From: an uncultured Clostridia bacterium
Lineage (GTDB): Bacteria; Bacillota; Clostridia; Oscillospirales; Ruminococcaceae
Assembly: GCA_947631455.1 (NCBI GenBank)
Contig: CANRLH010000002.1
Location: forward strand, 155,312 to 219,311
Direction of reading: 5' to 3'
Length of the DNA: 64,000 bases
Both the position numbers and the translations under genes were made by a program. The notes below the pieces were generated by a model that was not told the origin of the DNA, ran no database searches, and saw only the letters and a list, made by a program, of their open reading frames with translations. Within the stretch, counting starts at the first letter, position 1. Every line of letters begins with the position of its first letter. Below, one piece after another: positions 20,002 through 31,026 of this stretch.

Positions 20002-23000
20002 GTGCTTAAGCTTATTTTGGGAGGGGTAAACAGCAACAAAAATGAAATATTAACTAATAACGTCATAAGAGAAACGCAGCAGAAAAATGATGTTTTGGTA
20101 ATAGTGCCTGACCAATATTCTTTTGAGTATGATAAAGAGCTTTACTCAGCGCTTGGAGCAAAGGCGTTTAATTCGATAGAGGTCATAGCATTTAACAGAC
20201 TTTGTGAAAAAATACTCAAGCTTTATGGAAATCAAAGCGACGATTTTGCTGATTCAAATGCTCGTCTTATTTGTATGTTCAACGCAATTTCCAAGTTTAG
20301 AAATGAGGGCGGCGCTGCGTATTACAAAAAGGCGTTGTCTAAGGTCAGCTTTTGCTCCGATATGCTTGAGCTTGCCGATGATCTAAGACTGTCCGGAGTG
20401 GATGCTCCAAAGCTGAGAGAAGCGGGGCTTTCCGTCGGCGGAACGCTTTGTGATAAGACGGAAGATATTACTAAAATCCTTGAGCTTTATTCTTATGAAC
20501 TTGAAAAACGCGGACTCAAGGATAACTCAACTCTTGTAAATGAGGCTATGAAGGCAGCGGGAGACTGCGGCTATTTTAAAAACAAATGCGTTTTCATTCA
20601 TGAGTTTTCAGATTTTTCCTATGATGAATACGGGCTCATATCTGTCATTTTAAGTCAGGCCAAAAGTCTTACGGTGTCTCTTATTATAGATGATGCTTAC
20701 AAAACTGACTTCGGCGTATCGCCGTTTAAAACTACAATAAAAACAAAGTCGCTTCTCACCTCGGCTGCAAGAAGTATGGGACATGATGTGATCACTGTAA
20801 ATGCTGATGAGAGTTGTTTTGAAAGCAAGGCCATTGAACATATTTCAAAGCATATTTTTCGCACGGGCAGAGTGGCTTTCAGCGGCGAAAACGACGGGTC
20901 TGAGATCGTCTGTGCCAAAACACCGTATGGTGAGATAGAATATGCGGCGGCGAGAATAAGAGAACTTATAAGTCTTGGATTTTCGTATAATGATATGGCG
21001 GTTATAACGAGAAACACTGATGAGTATTTTCCGATAATTGAGAGCGTTTTTGAACGATATGATATACCCTTTTTTGCAGATGTGAGGCAAAGCGTTTTCG
21101 CCTCGTCGTTTACCGTGTATGTATTGAGCGTGTTTGACTGCGTAATGACAAGAGAATACCGCACGGAAAATATTCTCAGATACATAAAGTCACCGCTTTC
21201 AGGGATAGATGAAAACGATGCTGCCGCTTTGGAAGAATATGTGCTCAGGTGGGGAGTTGACAGAGAGCTCTGGGAAAATGACTTTACCGGATCTGTTGAT
21301 GAAACCGAAGGAGAACTTGACAGAATAAACAAGATAAGAAGAAAAGTTATAGCTCCACTTCAAAGGTTTAAGGAAAGCACAAGTGACAAAACTGCTGATG
21401 AAATATGCATAGCATTAAATGAACTTTTAAACGATATCAAGCTTTCAGATAAGACGTTTGGGGTTATCGCCAGATGCTCAGAAAGCGATGACAGTGAGCT
21501 TATTAAAATATCACGGGGATTCAAGCAGATATGGACTTTGTTTTTGTCTGCGATAAATTCTGTCTATCAGAATATGAAGGGTGAAAGGATAACGCTTAAA
21601 CGCTTTTGCGAGCTTATCAGAACCCTTTTGTCTACGACGACGATATCAAATCCGCCGCAGTCGCTGGACGCTGTCTGTGTGGCAAACGCGCAGCATTCAA
21701 GGCTGGGAAAAATGAGGATATGCTTTGTTGTAGGACTGAACGACGGGCTTTTCCCGTCAACGCAGCACCCAAAGTCGCTTATTACTGATAAGGAAAGAGA
21801 GCATCTTAAAAAGTCGGGTGCTGCTCTTGCAAACGGGGTATCTTCGCGGCTTGATGCCGAGCATCTTATAACTTATATTGCATTATCAACCCCTTCATCA
21901 GGACTGATTGCAAGCTACTGTTTGGCTGACACTGACGGGTCAACAAGGAGACCATCATCTGTGGTGGGTGATATTCTCTCAATGCTCGGTGAAAATGCGC
22001 TTGTTGATGCTGAAGACATGCCTGCGTCATTTTACTGCAAAAGTGAGAAAAGCGCTTTTTTTAAGTATTTTGACTATCTTACTAAGGATCGCGCTAAAGC
22101 CAAATCGGTACGTTCAGAGCTTATGAAGATCCCGGATCTTCGCGAAAAGTTAAATTACTACGACTCGCTTGAAAATCCGAAAGAGCACAAGCTTTCTGAG
22201 AAAACAGCTGAAAAAACATTCTTTTCAAAGGACTTGAATCTTTCTGCTACAAGGACACATGATTATTACAAATGCCCGTTTAATTACTATTGCAAAAACG
22301 GACTGAAAATTTACCCGGTTAGAAAAATTGAGATATCTTCTACTACCAAAGGAAGCCTGATACATTTTTGCTTACAGGAGCTTATGTGCTATCAAAAGGA
22401 CGGCAAGACCTATTATAAAGAAGATTTTGAGAGCCTGACTGACGATGAGATAAAAAGCAAAATACATACCCTGTGCACAGAATATTCAAACAGAAGCTTT
22501 GGAGGCGGCTTTGCAAAAACAAAGCGCTTTTATGCATCTTTGACAAGGTTTGAGGAATCGGTATTTTACGTCGTTAAGAATATTATCTCAGAGCTTCAGC
22601 AATCGCTTTTTAAGCCGTGCGCCTTTGAATATGATTTGACTAAATCAAACGGAGAAAGCCTTTTTAAAATCAAGGTCAGGGAAGGAGTCAGCATAAACAT
22701 TCGCGGAAAGATAGACAGGGTAGACGTTTATGACACCGACGGTGAGAGATACATACGTATAACCGACTATAAGTCAAATGACAAAAAGTTAAAGCTTGAG
22801 GAGTTGTATCACGGGCTTAATATGCAGATGATCATTTATCTGCTTGCACTGATCTCAAGCGATAATGAGATCACAAGGGGAAAGAATCCTTCTCCCGCAG
22901 GAATTTTATATATGCCCGCAAAGTATATTGAAAACTGCGTTGAGAGAGCTCCTGTGACTTATTTTAAGGAGGATCTCGAGAAAATACTTGATGAACAACG

Positions 23001-23403
23001 CGAAAATGCATACAGACGTGACGGCCTTTTAGTGGATAACGTCGTGGCTTTATCGGCAATGGATCAGAGCTTCAGCGGATTGTATACGCCCGTAAAACTC
23101 AATAAGGACGGCGGATACAGCAGCACTGGCCGACCTATGGACATAAAGCTTTTTGAAGCGCTTGAGGAGTTTGTTAAAGACAAGATCGTTTTAATGGGCG
23201 AAAGCTTACAAAACGGTAGAATCGAAGCAAAGCCTGTAAAAGCAGGAAAGGATATTTCATGTAAATATTGCGATTATTGGTCGGTATGCGGCAATTATAA
23301 CGACAAGGATCCGATAACCGTAACGCCGGAGGATAAAAAGCTTCTTGAAAATAAGCTTGAAGAGATGGCAAAGAGAGGTGAAAGCAATGATCGAGTGGAC
23401 TAA
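20002..23403 (+). CDS. addB: ATP-dependent helicase/nuclease AddAB, subunit B
   Basis: 1133 aa. It has a degenerate N-terminal helicase-like region and a C-terminal RecB nuclease (RGKIDRVD...ITDYKS) with the Fe-S Cys motif CKYCDYWSVC. It lies directly upstream of addA. Confidence 0.9.
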   Translation: MLKLILGGVNSNKNEILTNNVIRETQQKNDVLVIVPDQYSFEYDKELYSALGAKAFNSIEVIAFNRLCEKILKLYGNQSDDFADSNARLICMFNAISKFRNEGGAAYYKKALSKVSFCSDMLELADDLRLSGVDAPKLREAGLSVGGTLCDKTEDITKILELYSYELEKRGLKDNSTLVNEAMKAAGDCGYFKNKCVFIHEFSDFSYDEYGLISVILSQAKSLTVSLIIDDAYKTDFGVSPFKTTIKTKSLLTSAARSMGHDVITVNADESCFESKAIEHISKHIFRTGRVAFSGENDGSEIVCAKTPYGEIEYAAARIRELISLGFSYNDMAVITRNTDEYFPIIESVFERYDIPFFADVRQSVFASSFTVYVLSVFDCVMTREYRTENILRYIKSPLSGIDENDAAALEEYVLRWGVDRELWENDFTGSVDETEGELDRINKIRRKVIAPLQRFKESTSDKTADEICIALNELLNDIKLSDKTFGVIARCSESDDSELIKISRGFKQIWTLFLSAINSVYQNMKGERITLKRFCELIRTLLSTTTISNPPQSLDAVCVANAQHSRLGKMRICFVVGLNDGLFPSTQHPKSLITDKEREHLKKSGAALANGVSSRLDAEHLITYIALSTPSSGLIASYCLADTDGSTRRPSSVVGDILSMLGENALVDAEDMPASFYCKSEKSAFFKYFDYLTKDRAKAKSVRSELMKIPDLREKLNYYDSLENPKEHKLSEKTAEKTFFSKDLNLSATRTHDYYKCPFNYYCKNGLKIYPVRKIEISSTTKGSLIHFCLQELMCYQKDGKTYYKEDFESLTDDEIKSKIHTLCTEYSNRSFGGGFAKTKRFYASLTRFEESVFYVVKNIISELQQSLFKPCAFEYDLTKSNGESLFKIKVREGVSINIRGKIDRVDVYDTDGERYIRITDYKSNDKKLKLEELYHGLNMQMIIYLLALISSDNEITRGKNPSPAGILYMPAKYIENCVERAPVTYFKEDLEKILDEQRENAYRRDGLLVDNVVALSAMDQSFSGLYTPVKLNKDGGYSSTGRPMDIKLFEALEEFVKDKIVLMGESLQNGRIEAKPVKAGKDISCKYCDYWSVCGNYNDKDPITVTPEDKKLLENKLEEMAKRGESNDRVD

Positions 23404-26400
23404 TGATCAAAAAAGAGCTATTGAGACGCGCGGCAGAGGAATAATAGTATCTGCTGCGGCCGGCAGCGGAAAAACGGCGGTTTTAGTTGAGCGTACCTTA
23501 AGAATCCTTTGTGATGAAGATCAAAAAACACCTGCGGACGGGCTTTTGGCTGTCACTTTTACAAAGGATGCCGCTTCGCAAATGAAACAGAAACTGTTTG
23601 AGGCCCTTGAAAAAAGACTTGCTCAAGACCCTCATAATGAGTGGCTTATTTCTCAGCGCACAAGGCTCTCTCTTGCCACGATAACTACAATAAACAGCTT
23701 TTGCTATGATCTTGTCAGAAATCATATACACGAGTTTGATTTTGAAAGCGGAGTAACTATATGTGACGAAAACGATGACAAGACGATACTGGACGAGTGT
23801 ATAACAAAAACTATCGAAGAATTTTACGAATGCGATCCATCCGCCATGGAGTTTCTGTATAATACCATATGCTCATCTGATGATAGTGGAATATCTGACT
23901 GTGTGCTTGAACTGCACAGATTCTTTTCTTCCATTCCTTTTAAACAGGATTGGATCGACGTTCAGCGACAAAGGTATAAAACACCTAGTTTTTTTGATGA
24001 GCTCGCCGATAAAAAACGAGACGATATAATATCAAAGCTTGAGTATCTTAATGAGCAGATAAAGGGGCTTATGCAAAAAGCAGAGACTTTACAGTTTGCA
24101 CCGGGACCGTTTGAGGTGTTAAAAAGCGACAGCAAAGCACTCACCGATATTATTTCGGATAAAAGCATCAAACAGCTTGATGAGCTTTCAAGAAGGATCG
24201 GTGAAACAAATTTTGCTACCTTTAAAGGACTGACTGTAACAAAGGGAAAGGAATATCCGCCTGAGTTTATGCTTGAAAAGGCAGCTTGTGCGGCAATAAA
24301 AAACTCACGAGATGAAATCAAGGGACAGTTTTGTAACCTTTTAAAAACGATCACCGCTACGCGGGAACAGACAAAGCGCGATATAGAGATATGCTCAAGG
24401 ATTTTTGAAGAGCTTATCAAGCTTGAGGCCAGACTGTGTGAAAACATTCACGAAGTCAAGGTATCGAGAAATGTTCTGTCTTTTTCGGATGTTGAGCATA
24501 TGGCGGTAGAGCTGCTCTTGTATGACAGGAACACCCGCACTCCCCTTTGTGAGGAACTGGTGAGAAATGAGTATTACAAGGTGATTTTGATAGACGAATT
24601 TCAGGACGTAAACAATATGCAGGACCTTATTTTTAAGGCTTTATCACAGACGGACGACTTAAGCGTTATAGGCAAAAATGTTTTTGTAGTCGGCGATATG
24701 AAACAGTCTATCTATAGATTTCGCCTGTCAAACCCAAACCTTTTTGACGGAGTCAGAAAGTGCGCTGTTGACAGCGATCGTGTCGAGGAAATAGATCTAT
24801 TAAAAAACTTCAGAAGCAGAAGTGCCTTGATAGATGCGGTCAACTATTTTTTCAAAAATCTTATGACATATGACCTTAGCGAGATCGACTATGCAGATGA
24901 AAAAGAAAGGCTTGTTGCCGGAGCGACATATGATCAAAGCCTTGACGATCCGGTAGAGGTCGATATAATAACCGAGAAGGAAAAGCTTCCTGAGTATCTC
25001 GGATTTGATAACGAGCATCTTGCGATTGCCAACAGAATTTCACAACTTATAAATGAAGGTTCTCAGGTCGAGGAAAACGGCAGAATAAGAAGCTGTGTTC
25101 CCGGAGATTTTTGCATTCTCACAAGATCGCACAGTCCTCACAAAAGCATATCAAAAGCGCTTAGATATGTGGGTATAAAGTCTTCTTATGAAAGCACAGA
25201 CGGTTATCTCAAGTCAAGGGAAATATCAGTGATACTGAATTTCCTTCGGGTAATTGACAATCCGCTTTCTGACATACCGCTTTTAAGTGTGATGCTTTCA
25301 CCAATTATGATGTTTTCGCCTGATGAAACCGCGCAGATAAGAAATCTGAACAAGAGCATTAAGCTTTATCAGAACCTTATTTCGTTTGATAAAATAAAAA
25401 AGCTTTCCGACTCCTTGTGCAAAAAAGCACAAGAGGCAAACGAGCTTATAAAGGAATTCAGGTTTTTGTCGGCAAGCCTCAATACAGAGCGCCTTATCAG
25501 AAGGATTTATGACCGCACAAATTACTATGCCATTGCGTCTACTTATAAGGATGCCGCAAGACGTGAAAACCTCACCTTGCTTTTGCGTTATGCAAGCTCA
25601 TATGATAAGTCGTCGGGAAGAGGACTGAGCGGATTTTTAAGATACATAAACTCTGTGTTTGAAAACGGAAACGACTTTAAGCGCATGGAGCACACTAAGA
25701 GCAACTCCGACGCTGTTACGATTACAACAATGCACTCTTCAAAGGGACTTGAATATCCGTTTGTATTTCTTTGCGATCTTGATAAGCAGATGAACATCAA
25801 AGACACGGCCAGGGGAATAATCGTCAGCGAAAAGCTCGGAGTATCCTTTGTTTATAAGGATAAGGAGCTTCACTTAAAATCAACTCCTCAGCACTATGAG
25901 GCGCTTAAGGAAAACTACATAAACGAAAGTATTGCGGAGGAGATACGCATACTATACGTTGCAATGACCAGAGCAAAGGAGCGGCTTTTTTTGCCGATAT
26001 ACCTGAAAAAGGATAACCTTTCAAAGCTAAAAAGGCTTGCGATGGCTCTGACAAATACGGGCTTTATTTCCGAAAATATTTTAAGAGCAGTTGACGGAAT
26101 GTTTAGATGGATAGTTTTACCGCTCCTTTTAAACGAGGATATGACAGAGCTCAGGGAGTTGAGTGAAGCGGATTTTGGCAGTATTCCGCACTTTAATGAC
26201 GAGGTGCGATTTACACAAAAAATTTTTAACATGAGCTCAGTGCCAAAGAAATGTGAAACGCGTGAAGAGCAATATGAAGAAGCGTATGATGATGTGTTTG
26301 ATCTTTATTCAGATTACGATCTAACGCTTTCAAAAACTCCGGCAAAGCTCTCTGTAAGCGAGCTTGCGAAAAAAGACACGAACTTTGTGTTTTATCCTCA

Positions 26401-26944
26401 GATACCGAAGTTTTCTGAGGAGATAGGAAAGTTTACCGCTGCTCAGCGGGGAACTATCACTCACTCGTTTATGGAAATCTGTGATTTTAAAAACGCAAGC
26501 GACGATCTTGAAGGCGAGCTTGATCGCATTGTTAACACAGGAAGGTTGTCTCAGAGAAAAGCTGACAGCATAGACCGTGAAGCTGTTAAAAACTTCTTCA
26601 AAAGCGAAATCTATTCACGTATTGTTATGAGCAAAAGCGTAATGCGCGAACGTGCTTTTCTTGTAAGACTTTCGGATATTGACACAAGTGTTGATGTGCA
26701 TGAATATAAGGGAACTGACGGTATGCTTCAGGGAATAGCCGATCTCTTATTTGAAGAGGATGATGGTTTCGTTCTTGTTGATTACAAGACCGACAGAGTC
26801 AAGGAGGAAAATGAGCTTATTGACAATTACACAGACCAGTTATTGCTTTATAAAGCGGCATTTGATCTGATACTTGATAAGCCGGTAAAAAGCGCATATA
26901 TATATTCGTTTACACTTAGAAAAGCGATTGAGATAAGCGTTTGA
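23387..26944 (+). CDS. addA: ATP-dependent helicase/nuclease AddAB, subunit A
   Basis: UvrD/Rep helicase motifs ([28 protein letters not shown]) and a C-terminal RecB nuclease ([21 protein letters not shown]). The start at 23387 (MIEWTNDQ) overlaps the end of addB. Confidence 0.9.
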   Translation: MIEWTNDQKRAIETRGRGIIVSAAAGSGKTAVLVERTLRILCDEDQKTPADGLLAVTFTKDAASQMKQKLFEALEKRLAQDPHNEWLISQRTRLSLATITTINSFCYDLVRNHIHEFDFESGVTICDENDDKTILDECITKTIEEFYECDPSAMEFLYNTICSSDDSGISDCVLELHRFFSSIPFKQDWIDVQRQRYKTPSFFDELADKKRDDIISKLEYLNEQIKGLMQKAETLQFAPGPFEVLKSDSKALTDIISDKSIKQLDELSRRIGETNFATFKGLTVTKGKEYPPEFMLEKAACAAIKNSRDEIKGQFCNLLKTITATREQTKRDIEICSRIFEELIKLEARLCENIHEVKVSRNVLSFSDVEHMAVELLLYDRNTRTPLCEELVRNEYYKVILIDEFQDVNNMQDLIFKALSQTDDLSVIGKNVFVVGDMKQSIYRFRLSNPNLFDGVRKCAVDSDRVEEIDLLKNFRSRSALIDAVNYFFKNLMTYDLSEIDYADEKERLVAGATYDQSLDDPVEVDIITEKEKLPEYLGFDNEHLAIANRISQLINEGSQVEENGRIRSCVPGDFCILTRSHSPHKSISKALRYVGIKSSYESTDGYLKSREISVILNFLRVIDNPLSDIPLLSVMLSPIMMFSPDETAQIRNLNKSIKLYQNLISFDKIKKLSDSLCKKAQEANELIKEFRFLSASLNTERLIRRIYDRTNYYAIASTYKDAARRENLTLLLRYASSYDKSSGRGLSGFLRYINSVFENGNDFKRMEHTKSNSDAVTITTMHSSKGLEYPFVFLCDLDKQMNIKDTARGIIVSEKLGVSFVYKDKELHLKSTPQHYEALKENYINESIAEEIRILYVAMTRAKERLFLPIYLKKDNLSKLKRLAMALTNTGFISENILRAVDGMFRWIVLPLLLNEDMTELRELSEADFGSIPHFNDEVRFTQKIFNMSSVPKKCETREEQYEEAYDDVFDLYSDYDLTLSKTPAKLSVSELAKKDTNFVFYPQIPKFSEEIGKFTAAQRGTITHSFMEICDFKNASDDLEGELDRIVNTGRLSQRKADSIDREAVKNFFKSEIYSRIVMSKSVMRERAFLVRLSDIDTSVDVHEYKGTDGMLQGIADLLFEEDDGFVLVDYKTDRVKEENELIDNYTDQLLLYKAAFDLILDKPVKSAYIYSFTLRKAIEISV

Positions 26945-26950
26945 TCATTA

Positions 26951-26978
26951 AGTCCCGTGAAACGGGGCTTTTTCTTTT
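26951..26978 (+). terminator. intrinsic terminator after addA
   Basis: Stem AGTCCCGT / ACGGGGCT followed by TTTTCTTTT. Confidence 0.7.
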
Positions 26979-27030
26979 GCATAAAAGTAAAAATTCTGCA
27001 AACGCTAACCGTATGAAAGGGGAGAGCTTT

Positions 27031-29238
27031 ATGAGTGATACCGAATGGATGGAAACTCTCGATACCCGTGATTTTATTGTAAAGCATTACACTGAATATA
27101 CGGGAGATGACAGTTTTTTAAAACCGCCCACCGATAAGACTAAGAGACTTTGGGAAAAGGTTCTGGCGCTTATGAAAAAAGAGCACGATGCAGGCGGAGT
27201 TTTGGATATAGATGAAAATAGGATCTCCACCATAACCTCACATGAGCCGGGATATATAGATAAAGAGCTTGAGGAGATAGTTGGGCTTCAGACGGATGAG
27301 CCGCTTAAGCGCGCGATCATGCCATACGGCGGAATAAGAATGGTTCACACGTCGCTCAAGGCTTACGGAAGAAAACTGCCGGAGAATATAAATGAAATAT
27401 TTTCACATAGAAAAACACACAACGACGGCGTTTTTGACGTTTATAACGCAGAAATAAGACGAGCAAGACACGCGGGCATAATCACGGGACTTCCAGACGC
27501 CTATGGACGAGGTCGTATAATAGGAGACTATCGTCTTGTGCCTCTTTTCGGTGTCGACAGGATAATTGAGAAAAAGGAAGAGGAAAAGTACGAGGCACAA
27601 AAGTCTCAGATGAGTGAGGACAATATAAGAAACATTGAGGAGTTATCAGAACAGATAAAAGCGCTTTATGAGCTTAAAAAGATGGCAGAGAGCTATGGAT
27701 TTGACATAAGCGGACCGGCACAAGGCTTTAAACAAGCGGTGCAATGGCTGTATTTTGCATATCTGGGCGCCGTTAAGGAGCAAAACGGAGCGGCAATGAG
27801 CTTGGGCAGAGTGTCCACTTTTTTGGATATATATGCACAAAAGGATTTAGAAGTCGGACGGCTTAACGAGAGCGAGGTTCAGGAGATAGTCGACCACTTT
27901 ATAATGAAGCTTCGCATGGTGAGATTTTTGCGTACACCGGCATATGACGAGCTTTTTTCCGGAGATCCCACGTGGGTGACCGAGTCAATAGGCGGAATGT
28001 GTATCGACGGCAGAAGTATGGTCACAAAAATGAGCTTTCGGTTTCTGCATACGCTTAAAAATCTGGGTCCTGCACCGGAACCTAATATGACCGTGCTGTG
28101 GAGCAGCTCGCTTCCCGACGGCTTTAAGAGGTTCGCTGCTAAAACTTCTATTGAAACTTCCTCGATCCAGTATGAAAACGATGACATTATGCGTCCCACT
28201 TTCGGAGACGATTATGGGATCGCCTGCTGCGTTTCGGCTATGAAAATAGGTAAACAAATGCAGTTTTTTGGGGCAAGAGCAAATCTTGCAAAGGCACTTT
28301 TATATGCGATAAACGGTGGCAAAGATGAGATAAGCTTTGAGCAGGTTGCACCTGCGATACCTGCAGTTTCAGATGGCCCACTTGATTTTTCTGAGGTGTG
28401 GTCAAGGTTTGACACGGTGCTAGAGTGGCTAGCAAGGGTGTATATGGACGCTCTTAATATCATTCATTTTATGCATGACAAATACGCCTATGAGCGACTT
28501 CAGATGTCATTGCATCATGAAGGCTTCGCAAGGACAATGGCTTGTGGAGCAGCCGGACTTTCTGTTGTTGCGGATTCTCTTTCAGCGATAAAATACGCAA
28601 GCGTCACTCCGATAAGAAACGAGCAGGGCATTGCGGTCGACTTCAAGGTGGAAGGAGATTATCCGCAGTTTGGAAATAACGATGACAGAGTAGACGAGCT
28701 TGCTGTGAGAGTGGTAAGAGAGTTTATGAAAAAATTAAGGCGGCTTAAAACCTATCGCAACGCAAGACCTACAATGTCGATCCTTACCATTACTTCAAAT
28801 GTTGTTTACGGAAAAAAGACCGGAACGACTCCTGACGGAAGAAAAAAGGGAGAGCCTTTTGCGCCGGGAGCAAATCCTATGCACGGCAGAGACAGAGAGG
28901 GAAGTGTTGCATCGCTAAAGTCAGTCTCAAAGCTGCCGTTTGAATTTTCGGAGGACGGAATATCATATACCTTTTCTATTGTTCCCGATTCGCTCGGAAA
29001 GGATCTTAAAAGCCGCGAGGAAAATCTTGTTTCGCTGCTTGACGGTTATGCGGAGGAAACAGGACATCATATAAATGTGAATGTACTAAACCGTGAAACG
29101 CTTATTGACGCAATGGATCATCCGGAAAAATATCCGCAGCTTACAATAAGGGTATCAGGATACGCAGTAAATTTTATAAAATTGCCAAGAGAGTATCAAC
29201 TTGAGGTCATAAACCGCACTTTCCACAAAAAGCTGTAA
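27031..29238 (+). CDS. pflB: formate C-acetyltransferase (pyruvate formate-lyase)
   Basis: Active-site ACCVSAM and the glycyl-radical motif TIRVSGYAV. The ATG at 27031 follows GGGGAGAG. The ORF-track extension upstream spans the addA terminator. Confidence 0.95.
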   Translation: MSDTEWMETLDTRDFIVKHYTEYTGDDSFLKPPTDKTKRLWEKVLALMKKEHDAGGVLDIDENRISTITSHEPGYIDKELEEIVGLQTDEPLKRAIMPYGGIRMVHTSLKAYGRKLPENINEIFSHRKTHNDGVFDVYNAEIRRARHAGIITGLPDAYGRGRIIGDYRLVPLFGVDRIIEKKEEEKYEAQKSQMSEDNIRNIEELSEQIKALYELKKMAESYGFDISGPAQGFKQAVQWLYFAYLGAVKEQNGAAMSLGRVSTFLDIYAQKDLEVGRLNESEVQEIVDHFIMKLRMVRFLRTPAYDELFSGDPTWVTESIGGMCIDGRSMVTKMSFRFLHTLKNLGPAPEPNMTVLWSSSLPDGFKRFAAKTSIETSSIQYENDDIMRPTFGDDYGIACCVSAMKIGKQMQFFGARANLAKALLYAINGGKDEISFEQVAPAIPAVSDGPLDFSEVWSRFDTVLEWLARVYMDALNIIHFMHDKYAYERLQMSLHHEGFARTMACGAAGLSVVADSLSAIKYASVTPIRNEQGIAVDFKVEGDYPQFGNNDDRVDELAVRVVREFMKKLRRLKTYRNARPTMSILTITSNVVYGKKTGTTPDGRKKGEPFAPGANPMHGRDREGSVASLKSVSKLPFEFSEDGISYTFSIVPDSLGKDLKSREENLVSLLDGYAEETGHHINVNVLNRETLIDAMDHPEKYPQLTIRVSGYAVNFIKLPREYQLEVINRTFHKKL

Positions 29239-29975
29239 TGGGCGTTATAGGATATATTCATTCTTTTGAGAGCCTCGGTGCGGTAGACGGTCCGGGGCTT
29301 AGGTTTATAGTTTTTATGCAGGGCTGTCCGCTCAGGTGTCTTTACTGCCACAATCCGGACAGTTGGAATAAAGAAAACGCGGGTTATAAAATGACGGCGG
29401 ATAAGGTTTATGAAAAAATTGCGGAGTATAAACATTTTATAAAAAACGGCGGCGTAACGATTTCCGGCGGAGAACCTCTATTGCAGGCACGATTTTGCGA
29501 GGAGCTTATTGAGCTTCTTAAAAAAGACAAAATTGAAACCGCTATAGACACATCGGGAATAATAAGCCTTGAGAAGTCGAAAAGAGCGATAGAGCTGTGC
29601 GATCTTATTATTCTGGACATCAAGGATATTGATGATGAGGGAGCAAAAAAACTCACCGGAGCGGGAATAAAAAACGCTCAGAGAACTCTTGAGTTTACAA
29701 AAGAGATAAAAAAAAGAGTGTGGATAAGGCAGGTCATACTAGAGGGTTATACGCTTGATGAAAAAAAGCTTGCGCGCCTTGGTGAGTATCTTTGCGGCTT
29801 TGAGAATATAGAGAGGATAGAGCTTATTCCGTACCACACTATGGGAGTTTCAAAGTGGGACGAATTGGGGCTTGATTATTCGCTAAGAGGAGTAAAAACG
29901 CCCCAAAGCGAGGAAATGGACAGAGCAAGGGAAATATTAAAAAGGTTTGAAGAAATAAAGGAGAAAGTAAAATGA
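29238..29975 (+). CDS. pflA: pyruvate formate-lyase activating enzyme (radical SAM)
   Basis: GCPLRCLYCHN radical-SAM cluster motif, GGVTISGGEPL. TAATG coupling to pflB. Confidence 0.95.
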   Translation: MGVIGYIHSFESLGAVDGPGLRFIVFMQGCPLRCLYCHNPDSWNKENAGYKMTADKVYEKIAEYKHFIKNGGVTISGGEPLLQARFCEELIELLKKDKIETAIDTSGIISLEKSKRAIELCDLIILDIKDIDDEGAKKLTGAGIKNAQRTLEFTKEIKKRVWIRQVILEGYTLDEKKLARLGEYLCGFENIERIELIPYHTMGVSKWDELGLDYSLRGVKTPQSEEMDRAREILKRFEEIKEKVK

Positions 29976-30181
29976 ACGGAAATGATATGCAAAAGTTCGC
30001 GTCAATGCCTGAGGTTTACTGTGCGCTTCATTCTAAGGTGTTTTTGTCGGGAGAATTCAACGCAATGTCTCCGCAGAAGCAGGAACAGTACCTTGAGCAG
30101 AACCACAAGATACACGCGTATAACGCACAGATGGAGAAAATACAAAACAATGATATATTCAGAAGAAATATGACGATTTAA
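29972..30181 (+). CDS. hypothetical small protein (69 aa) translationally coupled to pflA
   Basis: ATGA overlap with the pflA stop and an AAGGAG RBS. No family was recognised. Confidence 0.4.
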   Translation: MNGNDMQKFASMPEVYCALHSKVFLSGEFNAMSPQKQEQYLEQNHKIHAYNAQMEKIQNNDIFRRNMTI

Positions 30182-30245
30182 GCATGCTGTGACAAAATAC
30201 ACAATAAAGGGCAGTAAAAAAAGCAGATTTTTTATAAAAAAACAG

Positions 30246-30274
30246 TTGAAATTTTCAGGATATTAGAGTAAAAT
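30246..30274 (+). promoter_or_regulatory. candidate sigma-A promoter of the pur operon
   Basis: TTGAAA, 17-nt spacer, TAAAAT. Confidence 0.45.
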
Positions 30275-30299
30275 AGAAATAGCGAAAAGGAATTAAAAA

Positions 30300-30440
30300 A
30301 TACGCAATGAATTAAGTGCTTAGGAGAAGTAATGATGAGCAAAAACTGCTGTAAGCCATTTAACGCAGTGATCGGGATACAGTTAAGCAGCGGCGGTATC
30401 CTTAGCTTTTCATACTCAAAAACAAAATAGGCATAGTTAT
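30300..30440 (+). promoter_or_regulatory. structured 5' leader, candidate riboswitch aptamer of unresolved class
   Basis: Closing helix GCTTAGGA (30318-25) / TCCTTAGC (30399-406). Internal complementary pairs are ACTGC/GCAGT, CTGTA/TACAG and GGATAC/GTATCC. It lies immediately upstream of a strong terminator and purE. Confidence 0.4.
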
Positions 30441-30478
30441 AACTGCAACTTTATAAAACAAGTTGCAGTTTTTATTTT
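30441..30478 (+). terminator. leader (attenuator) intrinsic terminator upstream of purE
   Basis: Perfect 10-bp stem AACTGCAACT / AGTTGCAGTT followed by TTTTTATTTT, ending 28 nt before the purE ATG. Confidence 0.75.
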
Positions 30479-30506
30479 GTGAAAAGGATATAAAGGAGAA
30501 ATGGAA

Positions 30507-31001
30507 ATGAAAAAGGTAGCAATAATAATGGGCTCTGACAGCGATCTTCCTGTTGTTGAGGCTGCATTCAGAGAGCTTGAGAAATACGGCGTTGATTATG
30601 AAGCACACATAATGTCCGCTCACAGAACGCCCGACCTGGCGGCTGAGTTTTCAAAAAGCGCCAAGGAAAACGGCTTTGGAGCAATCATATGCGCGGCAGG
30701 AATGGCAGCTCACCTTGCGGGAGTTGTTGCGGCTAACACTACTTTGCCGGTTATAGGCGTTCCTATTAAATCTACTTTTGAGGGGCTTGATTCGCTGTTG
30801 GCAACTGTTATGATGCCCTCTGGGATACCGGTGGCTACTGTTGCGGTAAACGGTGCGAAAAACGCAGCTATCCTGGCGGTTGAAATGTTGGCGCTGTCAG
30901 ACGATACGCTTGCAGACAAGCTTATGAAGGAAAAGCACGCTATGATCGAGGGAGTATTGAAAAAAGAACAAAAGCTTCAGTCAGAGCTTAAAACAAAGTA
31001 A
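30507..31001 (+). CDS. purE: N5-carboxyaminoimidazole ribonucleotide mutase
   Basis: [29 protein letters not shown] and PVIGVP motifs. The ATG at 30507 is 8 nt from AAGGAG. Confidence 0.95.
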   Translation: MKKVAIIMGSDSDLPVVEAAFRELEKYGVDYEAHIMSAHRTPDLAAEFSKSAKENGFGAIICAAGMAAHLAGVVAANTTLPVIGVPIKSTFEGLDSLLATVMMPSGIPVATVAVNGAKNAAILAVEMLALSDDTLADKLMKEKHAMIEGVLKKEQKLQSELKTK

Positions 31002-31026
31002 TAGTACAGGAGATTGAAATTACGTT

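Noticed and set aside
26941-27030. The ORF-track start of pflB at 26941, giving a 30-aa N-terminal extension.
   Set aside because: The extension begins at a TTG inside the addA stop region and contains the addA terminator hairpin. The ATG at 27031 has a good RBS and gives a normal PflB N-terminus.
30275-30440. Canonical guanine/adenine riboswitch, ZTP (pfl) or PRPP/ykkC aptamer in the purE leader.
   Set aside because: The conserved junction and loop sequences of these classes, as I remember them, are not present. The leader is kept as an unclassified candidate instead.
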